A stretch of 64,000 nucleotides of DNA from Balanoglossus misakiensis. Its lineage: Eukaryota > Animalia > Hemichordata. The notes below the pieces were generated by a model. That model was given only the letters and a program-made list of their open reading frames with translations, was not told where the DNA came from and ran no database searches. The DNA is taken from the NCBI GenBank assembly GCA_040954595.2, contig CM082576.2, positions 18,337,028 through 18,401,027 of the forward strand, read 5' to 3'. This document shows, in pieces, positions 22,922-34,581 of the stretch. A program made the position numbers and the translations under genes. Position 1 is the first letter of the stretch; every line of letters begins with the position of its first letter.

Positions 22922-24783
22922 GCTAGTTTATCTTTCTCTATCCTGAGCACTCCGTATTCAGACTTGCCCAAGTGAACCGCGACAAAAAAATGACCAAGTT
23001 TCCCTGTATGTTTCTTATACCCGACAGATAAAAACGCAGCGTTGATATTGAAATGAATTGGCTTTATGAAAATGATAAAAATACACTGATAATGTCGTTA
23101 AAAATTCTCACAAAAAAAGAAATAGAAAAAAAAGGTCTCGAAACAACATCAGTTGTCACCTTCAGGTTAAAGGCTAGCCCTCCTGAACCATTCGCCATCA
23201 CGATGTATACTCGAAAAAGTCGGAAATTTTCCGCACTATATTGCAGCATAACTCGAATGATCTTATTTGCATCTCAGCGGTGCAAATAAGAGTTCCCTGC
23301 ACCGCAACGATCTCACCGTTCTTTATTCACTCCTCGGCGACAAAAACGTTCTATTACGGCCTAAATAACGACTTTTTCGCTCCTTGGTTGGTCATGCGGA
23401 CGGAAAGACACGGTTTTAGCGAGTTTATCTTTCTCTCTCCTGAGCACTCCGTATTCAGACTTGCCCAAGTGAACCGCGACAAAAAATGACCATGTTTTCC
23501 TGCATGTTTCTTATTCCCGACAGATAAAAAACGCAGTGTTGATATTACAATGAATTGGCTTTATGAAAATGACATAAATTACACTGATAATGTCGTTAAA
23601 AAATTTCACACAAAAAAAGAAATAGAAAAAAAAGTGGTCTCGAACCAACATCAGTTGACACCTTCAGGCAAAAAGGCTAGCCTTCCTGAACCATTCGCCA
23701 TCACGATGTGTACTCGAAAAAGTTGGAAATTTTCCGCACTATATTGCTGCATAACTCCAATGATCTTATTTGCACCGCAGCGGTGCAAATAAGAGTTCCC
23801 TGCACTGCAGCGGTGCAAATAAGAGTTCCCTGCCGCGCAACGATCTGACCGTTCTTTATTCACTCATCGGCGACAAAAGCGTTTTATTACGCCTAAATAA
23901 TGACTTTTTTGCTCCTTGGTTGGTCATTCGGACGGAAAGACATGGTTTTAGAGAGTTTATCTTTCTCTTAGCTGAGCACTCCGTATTCAGACTTGCCCAA
24001 GTGAACCGCGACAAAAAATGACCATGTTTTCCTGCATGTTTCTTATACCCGACAGATAAAAAACGCAGCGTTGATATTGCAATGAATTGGCTTTATGAAA
24101 ATGACATAAATTACACTGATAATGTCGTTAAAAATTTTCACACACAAAAAAAAAGAAATAGAAAAAATAGTGGTCTCGAACCAACATCAGTTAACTCCTT
24201 CAGGTAAAAGGCTAGCCTTCCTGAACCATTCGCCATCACAATGTGTACTCGAAAAAGTCGGAAATTTTCCGCACATTAAGAGTTCCCTGCACCGCAGCGG
24301 TGCAAAATAAGAGTTCTCTGCACCGCAATGATCTGACCGTTCTTTATTCACTTCTCGGCAATAAAAAACGTTTTTTTTACGGCCTAAATAACGACCTTTT
24401 CGCTCCTTGGTTGGTCATGCGGACGGAAAGACACGTTATTAGCGAGTTTATGTTTCTCTCTCCTGAGCACTCTGTATTCAGACTTGCCCAAGTAAACCGC
24501 GACAAAAAAATGACCAAGTTTCGCTGCATGTTTCTTATACCCGACAGATAAAAACGCAGCGTAGATATTGAAATGAATTGGATTTATGAAAATGATAAAA
24601 ATTACAATGATAATGTCGTTAAAAGTTCTCACAATAAAAAGAAATAGAAAAAAGTGGTCTCGAACAAACATCAGTTGACATCTTCAGGTAAAAGGCAAGC
24701 CTTCCTGAACCCTTCGCCATCACGATGTCGTTAAAAGTTCTCACACAAAAAAATAGAAAAAAGTGGGCGCTTGGGCCCCTAAC
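22922..24783 (+). repeat. Satellite B, right block, ending in GCGCTTGGGCCCCTAA
   Basis: Unit anchors at ~23309, 23842 and 24330. Confidence 0.9.
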
Positions 24784-25479
24784 GATTCAGAGAGTTTTAC
24801 AGCTACTCAAACACTTCTCAGTACTTTTCCTATTGATAGTACCATGTCTTCACACAATGAAATTTCAGGTCGGCCTTCATCAGTCACTAACCTATGTACT
24901 CATGGTGTTCCACTCAACATGAATGTTTAGATGATGTTGTGTATGCGTCTGAGAATCCAGCTTGTGACGACGGCACACACTGTTTAGGTATTCCAATTTC
25001 ACCTAAACCGATAGTTACAAATATTACAAGTCAGGATAAACCATACTTTCATCATGATCAAAAATTGTCCAGCTGTGATACGTTCGCAAAAATTCTAGTG
25101 TGCCACAAAAATTACAATCTGAATCCTCCCACGATTGCCACTTGGGCATGGCCCAGGCTAATAACAGCGATTATGACTCTAAAAACCGACATTGTGATGG
25201 TGGCATTCATAATGCAGACTCCCAATTTCCCCACCAGTCATCAACAATAACAATCATGACATGCCTGTTGATATATTGTCCAACATGCCACAACATCCAC
25301 AATCCGGGTCCTCCTACAATAGTAATTGTGATTTTATCCAGGCAGGTATCATAGATGATATGCAGCATACCTCAACAAAAGATACACTTTCAGATCCGCA
25401 TATGGCAGATTGTGATTTTGAACAAAGTCACAGCGCTCACATCCCAATAGAGTATTGGCCATCTCCATTGTCCCCCACA

Positions 25480-26438
25480 GCCTCACTGTCTATTCAAAAT
25501 CATGTCAAAATTTACAGTTCAAATTTACCCAATTACAAAGGGTGCCGCGTTCCAGTTCAGTCAAATCTATGCATTCCAATTTGGCGAGCTAAACTACAAG
25601 GGTATGATGACTATGCAGTTTGTGACTTCTTAGAATTTGGATGGCCATTGAATTACACATTATCCCATCACCCACTTCCAGTTTCCACCAACCACAAATC
25701 AGCAGTGCTGTACCCAGATCACGTAGACAGATATATCTCTAAGGAGGTAGCCCTAGGCGGGTCAGTGGGGCCCTTTCACGACAATCCCTTTGACAAACCT
25801 CTTATGTTATCCCCGTTATGTTATCCCCACTTCAAACTGTTGACAAGAAGGATTCGCCGGATCGGCGGGTGGTTATCGATCCGAGTTTCCCTATCGGCCA
25901 CTCAGTGAATGATGGGATACCTTCTGATTTCTATTTGGATGGGCCTTTTTCCTTGACTTACCCTGGCGTCGATGATCTCACTAAGCTTATCAGAATAAAA
26001 GGCCCTGGTTGTTTACTTTAAAGGCGTGATTTGAAACGGGCTTATCGCCAAATTCCTGCTGATCCGCATGACTATTTCCTATTGGGGTATAGGTGGAGAG
26101 AAATGATTTTCTTTGACACTAAATGCCCTTTGGGTTACGAATGGCCTCCATTGCATGCCAGCGCACTACCAATGCAGTCCGGTATATATCACAACAGGAG
26201 GGAAGCGATTGTGTGAATTATTTAGATGATTTTGCTGGTGCGGAATCAGTCGATAAGGCTGATTTTGCATTCACTCAGTTGGGCAATTTACTTATTGAGC
26301 TTGGTCTTGATGAATCACCGGGAAAAGCTTGTTCCCCGTCCCCAGTAATGACCTTCCTGGGTCGGCAATTCAATACTATTGACATGACTATGAGTGTGCC
26401 ACAGCAGAAATTTGAAGAAACTAAACAGTACCTCCCCA
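25480..26438 (+). pseudogene. DIRS/Ngaro-type reverse transcriptase fragment, truncated by the EnSpm insertion
   Basis: Consecutive frames give FLEFGWP..NHKSA..GPF, RRVVIDPSFP..SVNDGI, DLKRAYRQIP, MPFGLR and NYLDDFAG. A short duplication near 25802-25828, a stop and frameshifts disrupt it. Confidence 0.85.
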
Positions 26439-27261
26439 CACTGTAAAAATAGCGGACGCCAGACGCGTAATTACGTGTTCAAACTTTAGACGTTGGTGTT
26501 CAAATTTGAACACATAGTGTTCATAGTGTTAACGCCATGTTAAATATTGCACACACTTAACCTGCACACAAGGCGTTAACAACCCATCCCCCTCAAGTGT
26601 TCAAAACCAATGCAAGATCGTAATTTTGCAATATGTGTGAAAGAATCAACAATTTTCGGTTGTTTTAGTCCAATATGGTTTTGTCAAATTTGCAATTGCC
26701 TGGCTGCCCGGCAAACATATACGATTTTGATATAAGGTGTGGCACACCAAGTGCACGAAAAATATCTCCGGTCTGCAGTTGCCAAATGCATGTTTTTCCT
26801 GAAAAGAAGGTCCACACAATAGTTTCAGATATTTAGTTCCGGTTGAAAATTTGAAAAATTGCAAAAAAACATTAGAAAACCATTTCGTTTTGTTACTTCT
26901 AACATTGGCGTGCAAGGTGGCGTTCTATCCCTAAACACTTGGTGTTTAATTTTGGAGCCCTTTTTTTCATTTGTGGAAACGCGCGAATGCATGAGGTGCG
27001 CTGCAGAAGGCAGTCGTGCGGAAGCAAGACCAGACTTTGGTAAGACATTTTTGAATGAAACACCAAAACCTTCTATGAATATGTTGATACACGTCATTGT
27101 TGGAGCTTCCCATCGGCTTTTAACGTCAAATTTATTCATCATCAGACCTATCAACGGTAGCGGGTAGTGAAGTCTGCACCTTACTGCACTCTACTGTTGC
27201 ATTTTTCATGAGCATTGCATAATCATATGTCCTTTTCTTCAATGAATTCATTCTTTATTTA

Positions 27262-29735
27262 ATGTTTCCAATGGAAGGGGACTCATTAATGTGTAATTTG
27301 TGTTCTTATAGCACGAATTTCTTTGATTATTATCAAACACATTATATAAGGCGTCACAAAAACGATCCCAACTTTTCAGTCTCTTGTGGTATAGGATCAT
27401 GTAGTTATACTACCCACCGATGGAATACGTTTAAAGTTCATGTCCACAGAAAGCACAGAATAGTCGATATTCCAAGACCTGCACCTCTTGGAGATGCAGG
27501 CGACATCGAAATGGCAGATGTTGACAATCCTGTGCCTTTCAATGACAGAGATGGTTTATCTTTTCAAAATGCCATGTTTACTCTGGCCTTAGAGGCAAGA
27601 CACAATCTGTCCCAAATAGCAATAAATGATGTAGTTTCATCCATGGGCATATTGCTTGATGCACAGCAAGAATACTTCAAAACAAAGTTAAAGCAAGAAC
27701 TTGATGAACGGGGAGTTGATTCTGAATTTGTTGACAATTTCACTGCTGATCACATGTTGAATGGATTGGATACACAGAGTAAAAGGTTGGTGTTTTATGA
27801 GAAATGTGGATATTTACCTTTTGTGAAGCCTTTCGAGGTTGGGTTGGGGATAGATCATGTAACAAGGAATAACTGCTTGCTTGAAAAAGAAAAAGTTGGC
27901 TATTACATTCCCCTTTGTCAGTCTTTGCAGAAGTTGTTGGAGTTGCCAGAGGTATGGGATTTTGTTCAACATCCACATGTTTCCCAAAATGAATTCAAGT
28001 TCGACATTTGTGATGGGGACTATATTCGAAATAATCCCCTTTTCCAGCAAAATCCCGATGCATTGATGCTAATCTTGAATACTGATGATTTGGAAATTGT
28101 GAATCCATTAGGGAGCCATACTAAGAAGCACAAAATAACAATATTTTATTATTTGTTGGCAAATATTCCACCTCAATATCGATCAAGGTTAAGTGCAATA
28201 CAACTTGTTGGAATAGCAAAAACAAGAGACATCAGAGAAAGTGGAGCTTTAGAGAAGATGTTAAATGATTTCATCACAATGGTAAATCAAGTATCAGGTG
28301 TAGGTGTTGATATGGTTATTGGAGGTAATCACCATCACGTTCATGGCCGGTTAGTGATTGTTCCAGCTGACACTTCTGCTGCAAACTGGCTTGGAAAGTT
28401 TAAGGAAGGAGTAGGCTTTGCATATAAAATATCAGAATGTGTGACTTGTCTGTTAATGACCTTAAAAACAGGTTGCTTGATTCTACATGCCCAATGAGGA
28501 ATGGTGAAGTACATAAACAGCGTTGTGAAACGCTGGAGGAGCTTTCAAAGCGTACTCGGAGATATTGGAGCAAAATGTGGGGCATTAATGGTACAAGTTG
28601 TTTGATGAAAATGGAAAACTTTTCAATCACAACTGGCTTGGTACAAGATCCGATGCATGTGTTTTTGGAAGGAATAATTCCAAGAGACCTATCCAGTCTG
28701 TTGTATCATTGTGTCTACAATTTGAAGTTGTTCTCACTGAAATGGTTTAATGGTCAAATAAACAAATTTCCCTATTCATACATACATCGGAAAAGTAAGC
28801 CTGAAGCTACATTTGATAAAGGGGATGTTGAAAACTGTTTGGCGGTGAAACAATCATCATCAGCTCTGTATACACTGTGTCAAATCATCCCTTTAATTCT
28901 CGGACAAAAGGTAACACAACAAAATGAAAACTCGGTAAATTTTCTCAGACTTGTACAAATTATCTTGTTATGTACAAGCACCTATTGTACTAGAGAAACG
29001 GCACAAGTTCTTCGCATCCTTATTGGAATTTACCTCAGGACAAGCCAGGCACTATACCCTAAATCATCATTTATCCCCAAAAAACACTACACAGTACATT
29101 TCCCTAATCAAATGCTTATGTATGGCCCACTAAGACACCATTGGTGTGTGAGGTTTGAAGGCAAGCACTCATTTTTCAAAGCTGTGAAAAGAAAAAACTT
29201 CAAGAATCTTCCTTACTCTCTTAGCATGCATCATCAGTTGTACATGTGTCTGAGACAAACTGGAGTTGATGGAGAAATGTCTTGTAACTTTCTATATGAT
29301 GGTGATGTGGTAAAGAGTGGTCGTGAGTTCAATTTCAGCAATGATTATCCTGCTTTGGTACATGACATGAGTGTTTTATGTGAAAAAGAACCATGTGATG
29401 AATGGCTAATGTACAGAACTACATCTATCACTGTCCATGGTCTTGAGTTTCAATTGGGTTGTGCCCTTGTACTTGATTATGAGGAGGATGAACCATTGTT
29501 TGGTTTGGTAAGGGATATAATAGTATATGATAAAGTGAAGTATTTTGTAATTGAGTGTACAGCCACGCCATCTGTGTTTGACATTCACATCCTTCACTAT
29601 GTACTGGAAGCAAATGGCAGACACAATATTCACTCGGTTCAGTCTCTGAAATTTCAGTGGCCTCTAAATGTATACAGATATGATGGGAAGCTGGTTACAT
29701 TGAACATCAATGCCCATGTATGTCAAATATTATAA
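27262..29735 (+). pseudogene. EnSpm-type transposase with two N-terminal C2H2 fingers; one frameshift near 28430
   Basis: Motifs DICDG, DDLEIVNPLG, YYLLANIPPQYRS, DPMHVFLEG, PKKHY..H..YGPLRHHWCVRFEGKH; two overlapping ORFs of 411 and 432 aa. Confidence 0.85.
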
Positions 29736-29802
29736 CTCCAAATTATTTCTACTAAATTTGAAGGACATTTGGCATCAAAAACATTATTAACAGTTTATTA
29801 AC

Positions 29803-32414
29803 ATGCCTGTTTACATAGTCTGGAATGCTGACAGAAGCATTAAGAAGTGCGTTGCTGCAAAAACACTGGAAGATCTGATAAAAAAGGTAAGTTCAAAACA
29901 GTAATATGTGTAAAATGTTTAGGTTTTATCTGTACTCTCATTCCTTGAAAAATAATTGTGAAATAATAGAAACATTTTTTTGTTCTTTCCATGCCTGGCA
30001 TACTAAACACATATTTCAATGATATGCATCATTGCATGGACATGTTTTGTTTGATTTTTCATCGTGACAGTTAAGACATCACTTTTAACGTGATTGAACA
30101 TGAAAGTCACCCCTATTTCTGAACCAGGACATCTGATCTTTCTTAAGTCACACGTCACCCTATTACTTATTTTTGCATTATTTGCAGGATGTGAAAAGTT
30201 GGATTTAAGGTGGCATTGCATGAAAAGTTGTGATTTTTGCCAAATTTTACTTTTTTACATAAATCGGTAGGCCTAATACTCACCCACATCCTGACTAATA
30301 CGTCTTGGCGGAAATGGTGCACAATCACCCCCAAATAGCACTTTTCTGAATGAGTTCACAGCTTAACAAATAGGTGTCAACAATGCAAATGGCCGTTTTT
30401 CTCGGTTTGCATTTTCGCTGCTTTTGACAACTTCGGACTAAAATAGCTTCGCCCTGCATTGGCCGAATTTGCTCAAATTTTGACAGGGAATTGTGTATGA
30501 CCCATCCAACAAAACGCTAGTTTTGTTTGTCGATAAAGTGTCCCTGGCGGGAATAAACTCTGATTCAATACAACTCACCGTGAATTTGATCAAATTTTCA
30601 GAAAATCTAACTTTCAAACGCTGTTACTCCTCAATGGAAGCAGATAACGCAAAACAAAATTAGCGTTTTTTTGCATGTGTACTTTAGTTTCGAATGACAT
30701 ATTAAGATGCATGATGCATGGTCAACTTTTTTACCTATTTCAAATTTCATGACATAATATCAAAAAATGGTTTTTTTCACCCAAAATCGCCACCATTTCC
30801 GGGGATCAATAATATTTGCAACTCAAACAAAAGTTCAAAATCTCAGCTTCCAGAATATATATGGTTTATGGGGGTTTAAACTTTGTCTTTGATGAGAAAT
30901 AGGCCTCTGAAAAAGTCTCGACGGTTTCATGCAGTGCCACCTTAACTGGAAATGTAAGAATCGTTACAGAAGCAGACGGTACAGAAATTAAAGAAGATGA
31001 TATACTGGTAGAAATGGCAGGGGAAATTTTGATTTTCCTGAAAGATTCTGAAGTTAGGGTAGAAAGAGATAGGAATGAATCAAGACCAATACAGATCTCA
31101 CATCCAAGTGAAAGCATGACATCACCATAAGGCGATGCAGACAGAACTGGCCACTTAAAGATGACACCCACCAAACCTCCTGCGGAAGATGCTGAAGTCG
31201 GAGAACCAAGTGGAACACACAGCCAGTGCGCTAGTCCAACATTTCAGCATACAGGTAAGTAAATAGCTACGCTGTGCATATTGTTCAATATGTCAAATTG
31301 TCAATCTGTATTTCCTTAGAAATCATGTACATGTACATGTATTAATTTGCAATATTTTTTCAGTAAGTGTTCCTCTTTATCTGTTTGTTTGAATCTTGAC
31401 AGGAGATGTTCTTCAAACTATCCTCGATAGTAGCCTGCCAGCATTTTCACCATTAGTCATACAACATTTGAGGGAGAAGAACATTGAGTTGGTATGGAAC
31501 AAGTTAATTGCAGAAACAGCTGAGTATTATTATTCAAGATGCCCTGAGATTGGAGAAACCAGTCACTATAGAAAATTGGGTGAAAAAATGTATCTTGCTT
31601 GGCCATGCATAAGGATGGAGTCAGGAAACCATCCCTTGGTAAGATATACCATCAGTGGTTCATAATCACCAATCTATTATGATTTTACTTTGTCTATATT
31701 TGCTACTTCTTGAAACAACAGAAACTTAGACTTAACAATTTCATGTAAAGGTAGCCTTCTCCCCATTAACCAATTAATTTACAAATGGTCAAACTCTAAT
31801 TTCAGTGATTTTTTCTCTAGTCCTTCTTCTCAAAAGCAGTATCACAGAAGATAAGGCACATACGTCACAGTTTGAAAGTCAAGAGTAAGCTACCAATGCG
31901 TCCGGATACCCCAAAAGCCACACCAGGCACGAGATTCAAGTCAGCCGTAGCAGCTCCATCAGCTGAGAAATCAGAGGAGGACATCAAGGCACTTGTCACA
32001 GAATTAAGAGAGGAGTGGTCTAAGAGCAAGAACAGTAGAAACACAGCCAATATCAAGGCTTTATTGAGGGAGACAGTCAAGTACAGAGATGAAATACTAA
32101 AGAAGAATGACAAGCGTCTGTTGAAGGATGTCGTGGAAGAGTTTCCCTGTTTCACTGATGGTGTTTTTGTAAGTTAAATTCAGATGATGATGTACATTCA
32201 CCCAGTATCCTCCTAATATTGAGACTTTTATCGACCATACACCCACTGTGTCACTGTTTGTAACGTCTTTCCCCCCATCCAACAGGTGTTATTTGAATTT
32301 GCTGTCAGATTTGGTAATGAAAGGTTAAAAGAAATATCTGAACAAATGAAGAAAGTAATTGCAACAAGTATGGTCATGACAGGGAAAACTGTGGATGAAG
32401 GAAACAGCACAGAT
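29803..32414 (+). pseudogene. EnSpm second gene, spliced, with N-terminal CIDE-N-like domain; interrupted by a Kolobok-type insertion
   Basis: Exons 29803-29886, 30188-30208 plus 30946-31254, ~31403-31638, 31821-32168 and 32286-32414 with GT-AG borders. The reconstructed N-terminus is MPVYIVWNADRSIKKCVAAKTLEDLIKKGCEKLDLTGNVRIVTEADGTEIKEDDILVEMAGEILIFLKDSE; it needs one extra A in the run at 29881, and there is a TAA near 31128. Confidence 0.72.
30209..30941. mobile_element. Kolobok-type non-autonomous element (733 bp)
   Basis: TTAA TSD at 30205-30208 and 30942-30945; 17-bp TIR GGTGGCA(T/C)TGCATGAAA. Confidence 0.88.
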
Positions 32415-32540
32415 GTAAGTAACATATTAATTGGTGGTACTGATGATTTCGGATTTTGTAGCAGCATCAACCACAAGAGTAGGGTGCTTTATTGGTTGAT
32501 GGACATTGTTTCCTGAACCCTGTCAACTCTATAACATGTA

Positions 32541-32667
32541 CAGTCAATCCTTTCTATAGTGGACAGTCAAGGGACTTTCCCATACTGACCTTTGTAAACA
32601 GGTCAATAAATGGAAATGTAAAATGCACAAGAACTGTACAAAGTGGCCAATAAAACAGGTTTGACTG
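32541..32667. mobile_element. Tc1/mariner-type MITE (127 bp)
   Basis: TA TSD; termini CAGTCAATCCT...AGGTTTGACTG. Confidence 0.65.
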
Positions 32668-32970
32668 TATCTTACATACCGTATAATGTAATCCAGCATT
32701 GAGATGCATCAAATCCTGGTGGTGATATCATTATTAGGCTTGTTGAAGCAAACATAGTGTGATTTTTTAAAAACATTTTGTATTATGTACAATGTTGTCC
32801 AGATACAAAAATATGCCAAATTACCTTGTCAGAGTATTTACGAATCACTTGATCTTGTATTTTTTCAGGATCCTGGTATAATATTGGAGATTGTACAGTT
32901 TGTTGAGAAAGAAACCAAATTTGACCGTGGTGGAAAGAATACTCAACGTTGAACGCTGAATCACTATATA

Positions 32971-33891
32971 TGTGGCTGAAGCCATGCAAAAACAAAGGAA
33001 TTTCGTATTTTTTAATTATGAGGGATATGCACGAACAGTTTGTTGCTTTGAAACCTTACTCCATAAAAATAGTTCCCTTTTTGTTACGAGTTTCGATATT
33101 GTAGACTTTTAATTTTCACAGAGAAAGATGTTGTGACTTTATGTGTACCTTTGAAGGTCATTGTGAACACATCGACAAACCATATTTCGCCCAAAAGTTT
33201 TACAAGTAGTCCATCTACGATTGTCATATCACTACACATTTTTTCCTCGTGTTTTCGACTTCGCTATGGGACGGTGAAGTACACTCTCGTCTCTCGTTTC
33301 GCACCCTTCGATATTTCGTTCGTATTTCGAAACTTCCCGACCACAAGGCTTTACAAGTCGCCAGCGAGGTAATATATCTTTCGGTATTCTTACAGATATG
33401 AATTGTATTTCGTGAAACTTTATTGTAATTAGACTTTGACGAGTTGTCTGCATCTTGTACATCAGTCACGTACATCGAACTGTGTTGCTTGCACATATCT
33501 GTTTTCGATTGAAATCATTCTCGATTTTTGTATATGTAATTCTTTCGATTTGACATTTTTGTATTTGTATTTATGTTTCAGTTTTTACGGTCTTGGTCTA
33601 TTCGAGACAAGGTCTATTACGGTCTAAGACTATTCGGTTTACTCGGTCTTTTCGTACCACGGTTTATTCGGTCTATTCGAATCAGTCTCGGTCATTCTCG
33701 AGGTCTATTTGGCCTATTCGCATCGAGGTCTGCGCACATCTCGTCTTTCGAAGTCTTTCGACTATTGTGTACAGTCTCGTACGGTCGCTTTCGGCGATCG
33801 CTCGATCGATTCATCGATAATAAACCGAAGACCCGTATATGGAAACTCGACTCTGACTTTTGAATATTACGGAAAAGCTTTGGCGGTCACA
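32971..33891 (+). repeat. 5' LTR of BEL/Pao element (921 bp)
   Basis: Near-identical to 40866-41777; followed by GTAAAAACTCGG. Confidence 0.95.
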
Positions 33892-34581
33892 GTAAAAACT
33901 CGGGCGCAAGTAAAAACTCGAGTGCGAGTAGGAACTCGGACCTTCGAAACAGAACTCGGAACGGACGTAAGTCTTTCAACGATCAGCCTGCTGTTCGATC
34001 TGGAGGTAAAATTATCGTCCTACATCATTGTGTGTGACGTCATCGGTTCATCCGAAGACTCGTCGTCGAGGGCGCTGTTACATGGTTCAGCCAGTATTCG
34101 CCTATTACCCTACTGTTGAATCAACCCATGAAGACTACAGACTGCAGAGAAGAGTGAAGATGTTCAGCGACTGTTAACAGAAGCAGCAGATTGAACATTC
34201 TGGACGCTCTCCTTCGGAATTAGGACAGAATATTGAACATTGACTTTGAACATTAATATTGAACTTTGAACTCTGAGCACATTTCCTCATTGTCATTTTG
34301 GCTTGTGTGCATGTGTGATTTGAACATTCAGTTTTATCAATGTCCCCAAATTGTGCACATTAGTGTCACTCGTATCAGCCTTTGCGATACAAAGAGTCTC
34401 CTTTGTTGAAACTCACACAGTTTTGTATTTGTCAAAGTGTTTGAAATTTTTCACTGTCAGTACCCGGCATCAAATTGCTTGTGTAGTTACTCCCTCGGGT
34501 TTAGATTTCCAAATTTGTATCAACTCTGAATAGTCACAGTGATCGTTTCAGCTCTCTAGTTGTGTTCACCCAAGTTCAACT

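Larger units (their letters stand above)
26439..32930 (+). mobile_element. EnSpm/CACTA (CMC) DNA transposon; right end not found
   Basis: Starts CACTGTAAAAA where RT homology stops; subterminal GTGTT/AACAC repeats; transposase followed by a spliced second gene. The end coordinate is approximate. Confidence 0.75.

Noticed and set aside
33133-34119. Cluster of ORFs duplicated at 41029-41798
   Set aside because: They lie in the BEL LTR and leader; the duplication reflects the LTR pair, not genes.
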